Source: a virus (Duplodnaviria > Heunggongvirae > Uroviricota > Caudoviricetes). Taken from it: a DNA stretch of 39,909 nt. Location of the stretch: the IMG/VR virus record IMGVR_UViG_2706794690_000014. One strand, given 5' to 3'. Below the pieces are notes generated by a model, which saw nothing but the letters and a program-made list of their open reading frames with translations, had not been told where the DNA came from and did no database searches. The first letter of the stretch is position 1, and every line of letters starts with the position of its first letter. This document shows, piece by piece, positions 1 to 9,099 of this stretch. The position numbers and the translations under genes were made by a program.

Positions 1-381
1 ATGCAGAAAAATGTGACTCCCGGCAGGCGAAAAGGCTGCCCTAATTATCCTCCCGAATTTAAACAGCAGCTCGTTGCTGCCTCCTGTGAACCCGGGATAT
101 CCATCTCAAAACTTGCTCTTGAAAATGGCATTAACGCCAATCTGTTGTTCAAATGGCGACAACAATGGCGCGAGGGAAAGCTGCTATTACCTTCTTCAGA
201 GAGCCCCCAGCTACTTCCTGTGACTCTCGATGCAGCTGCCGAACAGCCAGAATCGCTCGCAGAGGACCCGAAAACCCTCAGTATCAGCTGTGAGGTAACG
301 TTCCGGCACGGGACGCTCCGCTTCAATGGCAATGTCAGCGAAAAGCTCCTGACTCTGCTGATACAGGAACTGAAGCGATGA
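1..381 (+). CDS. tnpA: IS66-family accessory protein TnpA (orf1)
   Basis: 126-aa ORF with the size and composition of IS66 orf1; stop overlaps the next ORF start (378-381), as in IS66 operons. Identified from recalled family features, not a search. Confidence 0.7.
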   Translation: MQKNVTPGRRKGCPNYPPEFKQQLVAASCEPGISISKLALENGINANLLFKWRQQWREGKLLLPSSESPQLLPVTLDAAAEQPESLAEDPKTLSISCEVTFRHGTLRFNGNVSEKLLTLLIQELKR

Positions 382-701
382 TCCCGTTACCTTCCGGGAT
401 CAAAATTTGGCTGGTTGCCGGTATCACCGATATGAGAAATGGCTTCAACGGCCTGGCTGCGAAAGTACAGACGGCGCTGAAAGACGATCCCATGTCCGGC
501 CATGTTTTCATTTTCCGGGGCCGCAGCGGCAGTCAGGTTAAACTGCTGTGGTCCACCAGTGACGGACTGTGCCTCCTGACCAAACGGCTGGAGCGTGGGC
601 GCTTCGCCTGGCCGTCAGCCCGTGATGGCAAAGTGTTCCTTACACAGGCGCAGCTGGCGATGCTGCTGGAAGGTATCGACTGGCGACATATAACCAGGTG
701 A
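378..701 (+). CDS. tnpB: IS66-family protein TnpB (orf2)
   Basis: 107-aa ORF coupled to tnpA by ATGA overlap; typical IS66 orf2 size and position. The expected orf3 (tnpC) does not follow; phage DNA starts instead. Confidence 0.75.
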   Translation: MIPLPSGIKIWLVAGITDMRNGFNGLAAKVQTALKDDPMSGHVFIFRGRSGSQVKLLWSTSDGLCLLTKRLERGRFAWPSARDGKVFLTQAQLAMLLEGIDWRHITR

Positions 702-702
702 A

Positions 703-862
703 TCATTTGATACCGACAAGGGGTTTAGTGAAAGGAGGTGAAATCACCTGTAAGATACTGAAATAAAACAGGTGATGGCTAGATGTGCGGATAAGGTCTA
801 TTTGATACCGATTGTGCAATAATTAGTCATTTATTATAAAATCGGCAACTCATTTGATACTG
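703..862. repeat. Left-end cluster of putative transposase-binding repeats (attL)
   Basis: Three direct copies seen in sequence: tcatttgataccg (703-715), ctatttgataccg (798-810), tcatttgatactg (850-862). The same motif occurs inverted at the right end. Confidence 0.6.
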
Positions 863-934
863 TGGTTTTAGTCTTTTAAGGCGTTCCAAACAATGCGAAA
901 TACTCGATATAGTGCAAAATGCGGGCTAATGCTA

Positions 935-1480
935 TTAACCCGCTTTTGGTTCTACCGCGTTAGATTTGCGACTTCTCTCAGTTTCTTCCAAAATCTCTCT
1001 GACGCGTTCGTCAGACATACCTTCAAGCTGTAATGCAGCTATTCTTTTCCTTCCTTCTAAGCGGATTAGATCTTGATTTTCAGGCTCTAACAACCGAGCT
1101 AAGTACTTGGCTCCATTCAGAACCAAATTTTTCGATAGCTGCTCTAAGTCTTTTTCATCAAGTGCGCTGATAATCGTCATAATTATCTTCTTGCTTTCAT
1201 CTTGATTTTCCTTGATCTCACACCGATTCACTTGTGATGCATCACTGAATCCACATAGCCACTCAACACTTACTCCTTCGATAGACGCAATCTGAAGGGC
1301 GACACTTAAGGATGGCTCAGTGCCACGAGACAGATAATTGTTTAGTGTTGAAAATGAAAGCCCCCAATCTCTTGCTGCAGCTCTGACGCTGCGGGAGCCA
1401 ATCAGCCTTTTCAGACGCTCAGCAATGCTTTCTTTTCTACCACCAGGAAAAGAAAGAGATGTTGTTGTTTGCTTGTTCAT
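935..1480 (-). CDS. Phage repressor (c-like), HTH DNA-binding protein
   Basis: 181-aa minus-strand ORF divergent from ner and the transposase operon; N-terminal region reads as a helix-turn-helix. Position matches the Mu c repressor. Confidence 0.6.
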   Translation of the reverse strand: MNKQTTTSLSFPGGRKESIAERLKRLIGSRSVRAAARDWGLSFSTLNNYLSRGTEPSLSVALQIASIEGVSVEWLCGFSDASQVNRCEIKENQDESKKIIMTIISALDEKDLEQLSKNLVLNGAKYLARLLEPENQDLIRLEGRKRIAALQLEGMSDERVREILEETERSRKSNAVEPKAG

Positions 1481-1534
1481 TTTCTTTTCTTCCTATCAAT
1501 TTGAAATTATTAACTTTTAGTGTTGTCAGCAACC

Positions 1535-1636
1535 ATTGATCCACAATAGACAAAAGAAAGATGTTTTTTTTGCTTTACATGAAGCAGAAGTGGATCAATA
1601 CTTATATCAAACTTGATAACTAAGTTTAGTTATCAA
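1535..1636. promoter_or_regulatory. Operator/divergent promoter region between repressor and ner
   Basis: Perfect 24-bp palindrome ttgataactaa-gt-ttagttatcaa (1613-1636) and a perfect 10-bp inverted repeat attgatccac/gtggatcaat (1535-1544 and 1590-1599), in the AT-rich gap between divergent genes. Confidence 0.45.
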
Positions 1637-1665
1637 ATTTCGTAACTTTTTAGGATAGATGAATC

Positions 1666-1896
1666 ATGGCGAGAAATGAAGTTAAGCCTGATTGGCATCC
1701 TCAAAGAATTTTGGGGGAAGTCAGAGCCAGAGAAGGAAGCATGAGGGCGCTGGCCCGTAAAGCTGGCGTGGGTCAGAACAATCTGTACAACGCGGTATAC
1801 CGCCATGTTCCCAAGTATGAGGGGATTATCGCGGAATGCCTGGGGGTGCCGCCCGAGGAGATTTGGCCCAGCCGCTACATTCGTAAGGTCGCGTAA
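1666..1896 (+). CDS. ner: Ner-like DNA-binding protein (Ner/Nlp family)
   Basis: 76-aa ORF immediately upstream of the transposase gene. Contains the conserved W-H and C-terminal IWPSRY motifs characteristic of Mu Ner. Confidence 0.85.
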   Translation: MARNEVKPDWHPQRILGEVRAREGSMRALARKAGVGQNNLYNAVYRHVPKYEGIIAECLGVPPEEIWPSRYIRKVA

Positions 1897-1898
1897 TT

Positions 1899-3986
1899 AT
1901 GTTTGCTTCAGTTAAAGAACTGGTTGGATTACCGGGGATGCCGGGAACGGAGCAAGGCGTTCGCTATTCAATCAGGAAGTATGCAACCAGCGAAACCAGC
2001 AGACGCCGCAAGAAAGGCGCTAAAGGTTTTGAATACAGCATTGACTGTTTACCTGAAGTGACACAGCAGGCATTACGCGAACGTTATGCCCTGCAACTGA
2101 TGACGCAAAAAGCCGATGAATCACCGGCTCCGGTGGTGACAAAGGCCAGACGCTCGTCTGCCGTGGTTGATGCGGTGGAGGCATATCGCGGATCACCACA
2201 ACTGATGGTCGAACGCCTCAATGCCCTGACTGAAAACCAGCGCCAGGTGGCAGACGCACGCATTGCGATCGTCAGTGAGGTGCTGAAATTCACGCAACAA
2301 CCCGGTTTCAGCTGCGCTAAAGCTATCCGGTTCCTCGTTAACAGCCTGGCACGATCACAACTGGACGAGCGCATTGTGGCAATGGTTGAGACGGCGAACG
2401 CCAAAAAGGGAAACAGCCGCGCGTTGAGTGAAATCACGCTGAAACGCTGGATTGCGGCCTTTAACAAGGCACAGAACGCCGCTGAACGCCTGCTTTTACT
2501 GGCACCGGGTAAACGCCAGGAAATAAAAGCCGAAGATATTAACTGGCTGCCCGAATTTCTGGCGCAGTATCGCCAGTCAAACGGCCGACCAATGACCGAG
2601 GCTTACGAGGATTTTGTTGCTGAATGGCAGCACCGGCACGCTGATGAGCCTTATATGCTCGATATCATGCCCTCTTATGACACCATTCGCCGCGCAATGA
2701 AGAAACTGCCGGAAGTGGTGAAACAAAAAGGCCGGGTAACTGGCAGTGAATACCGTCAGCTTGAGGGATTCACGCGCCGCGACTGGTCCAGAATGCCGGT
2801 GAATTATGTCTGGATTGGTGACGGTCACGGCATGAAGCTGAAATGCGCGCACCCGGTTCACGGGCGGCCATTCGCACCGGAAGTGACCTTTGTTATCGAC
2901 GGTGGCACGCGCTTTGTGGTGGGCTGGAGCCTTGACCTGGCTGAAAATGTTTTCGCCGTAGCCGGTGCCATACAGCACGGTATTCGCCATCATGGCAAAC
3001 CGTTTCTGTATTACTCGGATAATGGCTCCGGGGAAACCGCCGACGTCCTGGATAAGGAGATTGTGGGGATACTGCCACGACTGGGGATTAATCACCCGAC
3101 AGGGATTGCCGGTAATCCGCAGGGACGGGGCATTATCGAACGGCTTAACCGCACATTACCGATGCGCATAGCCCGTAAATACCGCACCTATTTCGGGAAA
3201 GGAGCAGATCGCGAGACGTTACGTAAAACCAACCGCGATTTACGCTCGGCATTCAGTGCCCTGCAACAGGGCAAACGGCTGAACGCCCGGCAGCAGTCAG
3301 CGATGCGTGATTTACCGTCCTGGTCTGAACTGATTGATGCCATTCGTGACGGTGTTGAGTGGTACAACAACCGGCCGCACGATGAATTACCCATGAAGCC
3401 GAACGGTAAACATTACAGCCCGGCGGAGTTCAGAAAAAAACGCCTGGCGGAAGAGGACACGGAAATTGAATGGCTGTCCGATGTTGAACTGCGGGATATG
3501 TTCCGGCCGATGGTGGAGCGCCCTGTAAGACGCTGTGAAATACGCTGGCTGAATAATATTTACTACGCGCCCGAGCTGCGTGACGAGCATGGCCGTAAGG
3601 TACTTATCAGCTATGACATTCATGATGCCGAACGAATTACCGTGCGCCGCCCGGATGGCAGCGTGATTTGCGAGGCGGTATGGGACGGCAATAAACGCGA
3701 AGCCTTCCCTGTCAGCGCGGAATACTACAAACAGCAGCAGCGCCTTAAAGGCATGCGTAAACGCGCAGAGGAAAAAATCCGTGATGCCGAGGATGAGGTT
3801 GTCAACGTGCTGGAGCACAAGCCGCAGGAGCCCTGGCTGGAAAACATATACCGCCCTGTGGGTAATACGGTGACCGTTCAGCAACCGGTCGCTGACGATG
3901 AACCTGATGAAGAATACGAGCGTAATTTCCAGCGGGGATTGCAACTGCTCGAAGCGAAATTAAAAGAAAGTGATCCGCTGGCCTGA
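1899..3986 (+). CDS. DDE transposase, MuA-like
   Basis: 695-aa ORF following ner, with an integrase-core-like region (VWIGDGHGMKL...). Size and position match Mu transposase A. Confidence 0.85.
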   Translation: MFASVKELVGLPGMPGTEQGVRYSIRKYATSETSRRRKKGAKGFEYSIDCLPEVTQQALRERYALQLMTQKADESPAPVVTKARRSSAVVDAVEAYRGSPQLMVERLNALTENQRQVADARIAIVSEVLKFTQQPGFSCAKAIRFLVNSLARSQLDERIVAMVETANAKKGNSRALSEITLKRWIAAFNKAQNAAERLLLLAPGKRQEIKAEDINWLPEFLAQYRQSNGRPMTEAYEDFVAEWQHRHADEPYMLDIMPSYDTIRRAMKKLPEVVKQKGRVTGSEYRQLEGFTRRDWSRMPVNYVWIGDGHGMKLKCAHPVHGRPFAPEVTFVIDGGTRFVVGWSLDLAENVFAVAGAIQHGIRHHGKPFLYYSDNGSGETADVLDKEIVGILPRLGINHPTGIAGNPQGRGIIERLNRTLPMRIARKYRTYFGKGADRETLRKTNRDLRSAFSALQQGKRLNARQQSAMRDLPSWSELIDAIRDGVEWYNNRPHDELPMKPNGKHYSPAEFRKKRLAEEDTEIEWLSDVELRDMFRPMVERPVRRCEIRWLNNIYYAPELRDEHGRKVLISYDIHDAERITVRRPDGSVICEAVWDGNKREAFPVSAEYYKQQQRLKGMRKRAEEKIRDAEDEVVNVLEHKPQEPWLENIYRPVGNTVTVQQPVADDEPDEEYERNFQRGLQLLEAKLKESDPLA

Positions 3987-4068
3987 AATAAAAAAATAAC
4001 CCGAGGGGTGACTCAGGTTATTTGAGGTTTCAGTCTCGGAGAATGCTGTCTCAAGCGAGGTGAATAAT

Positions 4069-5001
4069 ATGACCGATATTAACGATGTAATCAAGACCAT
4101 TGATGAACTTATTGATGGCGGCGTACTGACGCAGTATGCCATCGCCAGAGAGGCGGGAATTTCCGACGGCACATTATCGGCTTTCCGTAAGGGAAAATAT
4201 AAAGGCGATAACGCTGCTGTGGCTGCTTCCCTGCGCTCCTGGTATGAGAACTGGAATAAACAAAGCGCACTGCCGGAACCGCCGCAGTTTGTGGAAACTC
4301 AGACAGTCCAGGAGCTGCGCGCACTGTTTCAGGCGGTTCGCCTGATGGGCTGTATTAACGTTATTGTGGGCGTACCGGGTGTGGGTAAAACGGCCACTGC
4401 CCGTAATTACTGCCAGGAGCAACCAAACACCTGGATGATCACCCTGTCACCCGCGCACTCCAGCGTCACGGAGTGTCTGCTGGAGCTGGCCGATGCGCTG
4501 GGGATTGATTACACCCGCGCGAACAAAGGGGCATTATCCCGCGCCATCCGCCGTCGCCTGATGGGAACGCGTGGACTGGTGATTGTGGATGAGGCGGATC
4601 ATCTTGGTATTGACGGTCTGGAGCAACTCCGGGCAATTCAGGACGCCACGGGGATCGGGATGGTGCTTATTGGTAACCCGCGCGGATTGTTTAAAGGTGG
4701 ACGCCGCGCCTTTGATGATTTATCGCGCCTGTTCAGCCGTCTTGCCCGTACAAAACAACTTCGCAAGGCCAAAAAGGCGGATGTGCTGGCCATTGCCATG
4801 GCGTGGGGGATCAGTGGTGAGGCCGAGCTGGCCGTCATGCAGGCTATCGCTGAAAAGCCGGGAGCGTTACGCGTTCTGACACATACGCTTAACCAGGCGT
4901 GGCTCACCGCCAGCGGTGAAGGCGCGGCGCTGACAGAAAAACATATTAATGCGGCCTTTAAAGAGGTTTATACCAACCCTGAATTACTCTCACAGGTGTG
5001 A
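4069..5001 (+). CDS. Transposition ATPase, MuB-like (AAA+)
   Basis: Walker A motif GVPGVGKT; follows the transposase. ATG at 4069 with GAGG 8 nt upstream is preferred over the GTG at 4060. Confidence 0.8.
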   Translation: MTDINDVIKTIDELIDGGVLTQYAIAREAGISDGTLSAFRKGKYKGDNAAVAASLRSWYENWNKQSALPEPPQFVETQTVQELRALFQAVRLMGCINVIVGVPGVGKTATARNYCQEQPNTWMITLSPAHSSVTECLLELADALGIDYTRANKGALSRAIRRRLMGTRGLVIVDEADHLGIDGLEQLRAIQDATGIGMVLIGNPRGLFKGGRRAFDDLSRLFSRLARTKQLRKAKKADVLAIAMAWGISGEAELAVMQAIAEKPGALRVLTHTLNQAWLTASGEGAALTEKHINAAFKEVYTNPELLSQV

Positions 5002-5003
5002 TT

Positions 5004-5225
5004 ATGGCGGTATTTAATATTCCTGATATTTACGGACGCTTTTACCTGGTTAATTTCGATAACGTGAAGGTGATTTCACTGGCCGAAAATAAAGAATGTG
5101 GCGATTTACTTTTTGAATTTAATGACCGCACACGAATGGTGATATCTGCCGGACTTGATCGCGAAGGTGCGACAGAAGTTTACAGCGGAATATGCCGTTC
5201 TGTTGGTGCGAAACAAGTCAGCTAA
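5004..5225 (+). CDS. Hypothetical early protein
   Basis: ORF in the early accessory region; start abuts the MuB stop. No recognisable domain. Confidence 0.4.
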   Translation: MAVFNIPDIYGRFYLVNFDNVKVISLAENKECGDLLFEFNDRTRMVISAGLDREGATEVYSGICRSVGAKQVS

Positions 5226-5237
5226 ATGAGGTGTTAT

Positions 5238-5492
5238 ATGAATATGCAATCCTGCGGTAACAAAATGAATTTATTCGACTCCCTGAACAGCGCGCGCCGT
5301 CTGACCGAACTTGCCGGTGCGGTACTGGAACGCAGTAAGCGCTATCCGCAACGTTTTGCACTGAAAACCACGCCGCCGGTAGGCAACGTGCAGGGAACCG
5401 GTGAAATTGAAATCACCATACAGACCAACGGCCTGCGCCGCCGTGTGAAGGCCACCCGCATCAGCGGCTGCACGGTTTACTGGGAGGTGTGA
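5238..5492 (+). CDS. Hypothetical early protein
   Basis: ORF with GAGGTG upstream; start could be 5226, 5238 or 5244. Confidence 0.4.
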   Translation: MNMQSCGNKMNLFDSLNSARRLTELAGAVLERSKRYPQRFALKTTPPVGNVQGTGEIEITIQTNGLRRRVKATRISGCTVYWEV

Positions 5493-5493
5493 G

Positions 5494-5775
5494 GTGAAAA
5501 AAAATCTCATTGCATGGGCGTGGTCGAGTGGTCTTATTGAGTTTGGTTACGTCCTGCCGGAAGGTGCATTGCCGATAGTTGCCGGAAAGCCTGCCACGGT
5601 ACGGCATGTGATTGAGGTTATGGCGCGTCATGGACGTGATGAACAGGAGCAGTTACTGGTTCCGGGGATACCGGAAGCGGTGACGGAGGAAGAAGCCTTT
5701 AATGCCATGATTCGGTTCTGCCGTGAGGTTAGACGCCGGGTCAGTTATCCAAACAGAACGAGGACCAGAGGATGA
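5494..5775 (+). CDS. Hypothetical early protein
   Basis: GTG start with GGAGG 8 nt upstream; tightly packed with neighbours. Confidence 0.45.
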   Translation: MKKNLIAWAWSSGLIEFGYVLPEGALPIVAGKPATVRHVIEVMARHGRDEQEQLLVPGIPEAVTEEEAFNAMIRFCREVRRRVSYPNRTRTRG

Positions 5776-6044
5776 GTAAAGTCGTACGCATTATTTTCGA
5801 ATACAAGGAAGATGTTATCTGCAAAAACTCTGATGGCAGCACGCACAGAGGGGTAAGTCTGGATATACGTTCAACCGGAATAAAGAAGAAAGATAATGGA
5901 CCCGCCATGATTTTTGGGGTGGTTATGCTGGCAGAAAGCAGAAACTTCGCAGAGTTTGTGGCAATGAAAGCCAGTGCATTCATGAAAGACAGAGGCATGG
6001 CTTCCGGGGTTATTAACGGTAATGAATTTAATCAACAGGGGTAA
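5772..6044 (+). CDS. Hypothetical early protein (paralog 1 of a tandem pair)
   Basis: Begins MSKVVRIIFEY; N-terminus resembles the next ORF (MSKVRVIFEF). Confidence 0.5.
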   Translation: MSKVVRIIFEYKEDVICKNSDGSTHRGVSLDIRSTGIKKKDNGPAMIFGVVMLAESRNFAEFVAMKASAFMKDRGMASGVINGNEFNQQG

Positions 6045-6048
6045 TTCC

Positions 6049-6342
6049 ATGAGCAAAGTACGCGTTATTTTTGAATTTAATCATGTTTCGCATGACGAAA
6101 AGTTGGCAGGCAATGACTGTGTTGAAGTGCATGAAAAGATTGGAGTGGATGTGAAAACAGAACGTGATACGGATAACAGGCCGACGTCACTCTGTGACGT
6201 TTATGCAAGTATTCTCCAGTATCACAGTCCTGCAATTATTCAGTTTCTCTCAGCGGAATTTCAGGCATCTGCACAGTCTTTTGGAGCGGATGCCATCATT
6301 AAACGCCACCGCGTGCATAAAGCATCAGGCACACTGCAATAA
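6049..6342 (+). CDS. Hypothetical early protein (paralog 2 of a tandem pair)
   Basis: ATG at 6049 gives MSKVRVIFEFNH; similar N-terminus to the upstream ORF at both DNA and protein level. Confidence 0.5.
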   Translation: MSKVRVIFEFNHVSHDEKLAGNDCVEVHEKIGVDVKTERDTDNRPTSLCDVYASILQYHSPAIIQFLSAEFQASAQSFGADAIIKRHRVHKASGTLQ

Positions 6343-6353
6343 GGAAAAACAAA

Positions 6354-6884
6354 ATGGCTAAACGCGTTACAAAATTAAAGGCCGCAGCCGAGGCGGCACC
6401 GCAGACCCGGGAAGAAGTCAGCCGTGATATCCGCACCCTGGGAGATATTCAGCGAGAGGCGCTGCGCCTGGAAACGGCGATGAATGACGAAGTGGCAGAA
6501 ATCACCGCCCGTTATACGCCGCAGATTGAAAATCTTAAAAAGCAAATCAAAGTGCTTTTTAAAGGGATTCAGGACTGGTGCAAAACCAACCGTGATGAGC
6601 TGACGAACGGCGGCAAAACCAAAACAGCCAATCTGACCACCGGAACGGTGTCATGGCGGCTGGGAACGCCATCATGCAGCGTCAGCCGTGATGTGGAAGG
6701 TGTGATTGAAATGCTGCGCCGTATGGGGCTTGAGCGTTTCATCCGCACGAAAGAGGAAGTGAACAAGGAAGCCGTCCTGGCGGAGCCGGATGCTGTGAAA
6801 GGCATTGCCGGTATCAAGGTGAATAAAGGCGCTGAAAGTTTTTATGTCGAGCCTTTTGAACAGGACGCCGGACTGAATAAATAA
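6354..6884 (+). CDS. gam: Host-nuclease inhibitor Gam (Mu Gam family)
   Basis: 176-aa ORF with conserved Gam stretches (RLETAMNDEVAEIT, DELTNGGKTKTANL, RFIRTKEEVNKEA, EPFEQ); position matches Mu. Confidence 0.8.
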   Translation: MAKRVTKLKAAAEAAPQTREEVSRDIRTLGDIQREALRLETAMNDEVAEITARYTPQIENLKKQIKVLFKGIQDWCKTNRDELTNGGKTKTANLTTGTVSWRLGTPSCSVSRDVEGVIEMLRRMGLERFIRTKEEVNKEAVLAEPDAVKGIAGIKVNKGAESFYVEPFEQDAGLNK

Positions 6885-7029
6885 CACCGCATTAATCAAT
6901 TAAATATCACTTCATTTTAATTATGGCGCTCGCGTCAGGGGACTGCTTGCGCCTGAAAACAGAAAATAAGGGTTAAGAAATATGAAATACGTTTATATCG
7001 TCATTAATAATGTGGTGGGGAAATAAATC

Positions 7030-7563
7030 ATGATTGATGCAAAAGTGCTTGAAGGGGTTAAAAACTGGCTGTGTATTTATGGCCGCCTGACCTGCGGTGT
7101 ACTGGCTGAAAAAATGAATATGCCGCCATCCTCCATGGTTTATTTTCTGCGTGATGCGGTTGATGCAGGCGTGCTGACGGAATGTAACGGTTTTTATGAT
7201 ATTCCGCGTCCCCGCCCGGTGCAGCCGGTTCGTCGCAAATGCAGCCAGGAATCTGCGGCTGATGATGTTCAGTGGTGCGGCTTCAGAAAATCCCTGCCAT
7301 GGATTGAGGGGCATGATATTCCGTCGATGGCGTGGGAATTTGCTCAGGGCGTTCTGACCTGTGAAACCGTTTATGTGGTGGCTGAAGTTGATGAGCAGGC
7401 CATGAAAGAAGGCGTGCCCCAGTTTGTGATGGCGTATATCGACATACGCCTGGGCGTCATTATCTGCGGTTTAAGCGGCTGGAATATCACTGAACATGTT
7501 CTGCGCTACCTGATTGTTGACCGGACAGCAGCGCCTGCCGGGATATCTGCGGAGGTGGCGTAA
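7030..7563 (+). CDS. Hypothetical early protein, possible winged-helix N-terminus
   Basis: 177-aa ORF; N-terminal ~60 aa resemble a winged HTH. Function unknown. Confidence 0.45.
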   Translation: MIDAKVLEGVKNWLCIYGRLTCGVLAEKMNMPPSSMVYFLRDAVDAGVLTECNGFYDIPRPRPVQPVRRKCSQESAADDVQWCGFRKSLPWIEGHDIPSMAWEFAQGVLTCETVYVVAEVDEQAMKEGVPQFVMAYIDIRLGVIICGLSGWNITEHVLRYLIVDRTAAPAGISAEVA

Positions 7564-8078
7564 TGTTCTTTAAAACATCAAACCCTTCCGCGCTGGCTGC
7601 GTGGCAAAAATACCAGCAGGACTGCCAGAAAGTTAAGGATGAGGCAAAACGCCTTGAGGCCGTGCTGAATGTTGCGTGCCGGTCGGTATTTGTATCCGGT
7701 ATCAGTGGATTTTACTTTAAGGGACTGCGTTTTACGGAGGACAAATATCCTTTTCATCGCGACTTATGGCGAAAACCGACTGCGTCGAATGGCTGGAGCT
7801 GCACACCGCGCACATCACGTATCCCTAAAACCCTGCGTGTTGCCTCTGATGAACTGAACAGTCTGTGGCGTGAATATTCGCCCGTCACGTATGCCAGAAC
7901 CGATGCGCTGTTGTTCTGGTTGGGTATTGATTTCTCGGCAATCCTGTTTGGCCCTGTGAAGTGGTTCTGCGTTGACGATGTGATTTACCTTCAGTGCGGC
8001 GTAAAACCCGCAAAACAGAAAATGACCGAAATACTGTCTGATGAGTTTTATGCTGCTGAAAAGCGAGTCAGGGGGTGA
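7563..8078 (+). CDS. Hypothetical early protein
   Basis: 171-aa ORF translationally coupled to the upstream gene (TAATG overlap). Confidence 0.45.
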   Translation: MFFKTSNPSALAAWQKYQQDCQKVKDEAKRLEAVLNVACRSVFVSGISGFYFKGLRFTEDKYPFHRDLWRKPTASNGWSCTPRTSRIPKTLRVASDELNSLWREYSPVTYARTDALLFWLGIDFSAILFGPVKWFCVDDVIYLQCGVKPAKQKMTEILSDEFYAAEKRVRG

Positions 8079-8081
8079 TGC

Positions 8082-8633
8082 ATGATGAAATTACAACCCA
8101 TGGGACTAAAAGGTCGCGCCCCCGCTCATGTCCGTCCGTGGACACCTGAAGAAGATGCGCTGCTGATTGCGCTTTATTCATCCACCCCGGTTAAGGATAT
8201 TGCTGCCAGAATAAAAAGAACTGTCTGGGCTGTATATAACCGGACTGGTGTATTGCGCAGTTCATACCCGGAGTTACTGAAATATAAACACCCAAGATTT
8301 ACACCTGATGAAGATAAGTTTATTCGAAAAAATGCCAGAACAATGACCTGCCAGCAAATGGGAGAATATCTCGGACGTAATAAAGATTCTGTCAGATGTC
8401 GGGCAGGAATGATTGGTGCTGGATTAACAAAGTGCGGAGAGTTACGCCCCGGCACGCGCATATCTGATGATGATGTACGTCTTATACGTGAGCTGCGTGA
8501 TTCCGATTACCCACGCCGTCTGTCATTCCGGGAAATTGGCGAAAAGTTTGGAATATCTGAACATTCTGCTCACGCAGTTTATTACCGTCGCCGGACTGCC
8601 GAGGACGCTGTATTACGGGAGTTAACGCCATGA
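8082..8633 (+). CDS. Putative DNA-binding protein with two Myb/SANT-like repeats
   Basis: Two repeats with the W/F-TP-EED signature (RPWTPEEDALLIALY and RFTPDEDKFIRKN), plus a C-terminal HTH-like segment (LSFREIGEKFGIS). Confidence 0.45.
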   Translation: MMKLQPMGLKGRAPAHVRPWTPEEDALLIALYSSTPVKDIAARIKRTVWAVYNRTGVLRSSYPELLKYKHPRFTPDEDKFIRKNARTMTCQQMGEYLGRNKDSVRCRAGMIGAGLTKCGELRPGTRISDDDVRLIRELRDSDYPRRLSFREIGEKFGISEHSAHAVYYRRRTAEDAVLRELTP

Positions 8634-8962
8634 TAACGACCTTATTTGTTGAATCAGATGAACCTCTTGTGTGTGCCGCCGGAATGCCGCTCTGTGGCGG
8701 AACGCTGACCGGCGTTTATTTCGGGGATTTGCGCGGTTATCCCTGGCATTCACTGGATGACGCATTTCCGCCTGATATGGAGGCTGTCGTGCTGATTGTT
8801 CAGTATGGTGACCAACAGGAACTGCGCATCGGCCATATGGGGTATGAAGGCTTTTTTATTGATGAAGAAACCGGAGCCTGCCTTGAAGATGAGGACGGAC
8901 AGGTGACGCACTGGTGCCATCTTTCGGCCTTGCCGGAATTACAGGGGATACATAATGGATGA
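8630..8962 (+). CDS. Hypothetical early protein
   Basis: 110-aa acidic ORF, coupled to the upstream gene by ATGA overlap. Confidence 0.4.
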   Translation: MITTLFVESDEPLVCAAGMPLCGGTLTGVYFGDLRGYPWHSLDDAFPPDMEAVVLIVQYGDQQELRIGHMGYEGFFIDEETGACLEDEDGQVTHWCHLSALPELQGIHNG

Positions 8963-9098
8963 GCAAATTGTTGAATGTCCCACCTGTGGAAATGAGGACC
9001 CGGAGTATCTGAAAGAGTGCCCACATTGTGGTGAGATAAAATGTAACCACTGCGATATGGGCGACGACACTGCATGTATAAATTGTGAGGATGAATAA
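8955..9098 (+). CDS. Small Cys-rich zinc-ribbon protein (47 aa)
   Basis: MDEQIVECPTCGNEDPEYLKECPHCGEIKCNHCDMGDDTACINCEDE: four Cys pairs. Below the ORF-track size cut-off; found by reading the gap. Confidence 0.4.
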   Translation: MDEQIVECPTCGNEDPEYLKECPHCGEIKCNHCDMGDDTACINCEDE

Positions 9099-9099
9099 T

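Noticed and set aside
695-720. Attempt to define exact phage termini by terminal TG...CA and a 5-bp target duplication
   Set aside because: Several placements are possible and none gives a convincing duplication; boundaries are therefore reported as approximate.
6885-7029. Possible terminator hairpin after gam (ggcgc...gcgcc)
   Set aside because: The stem is short and imperfect and there is no downstream U-tract.
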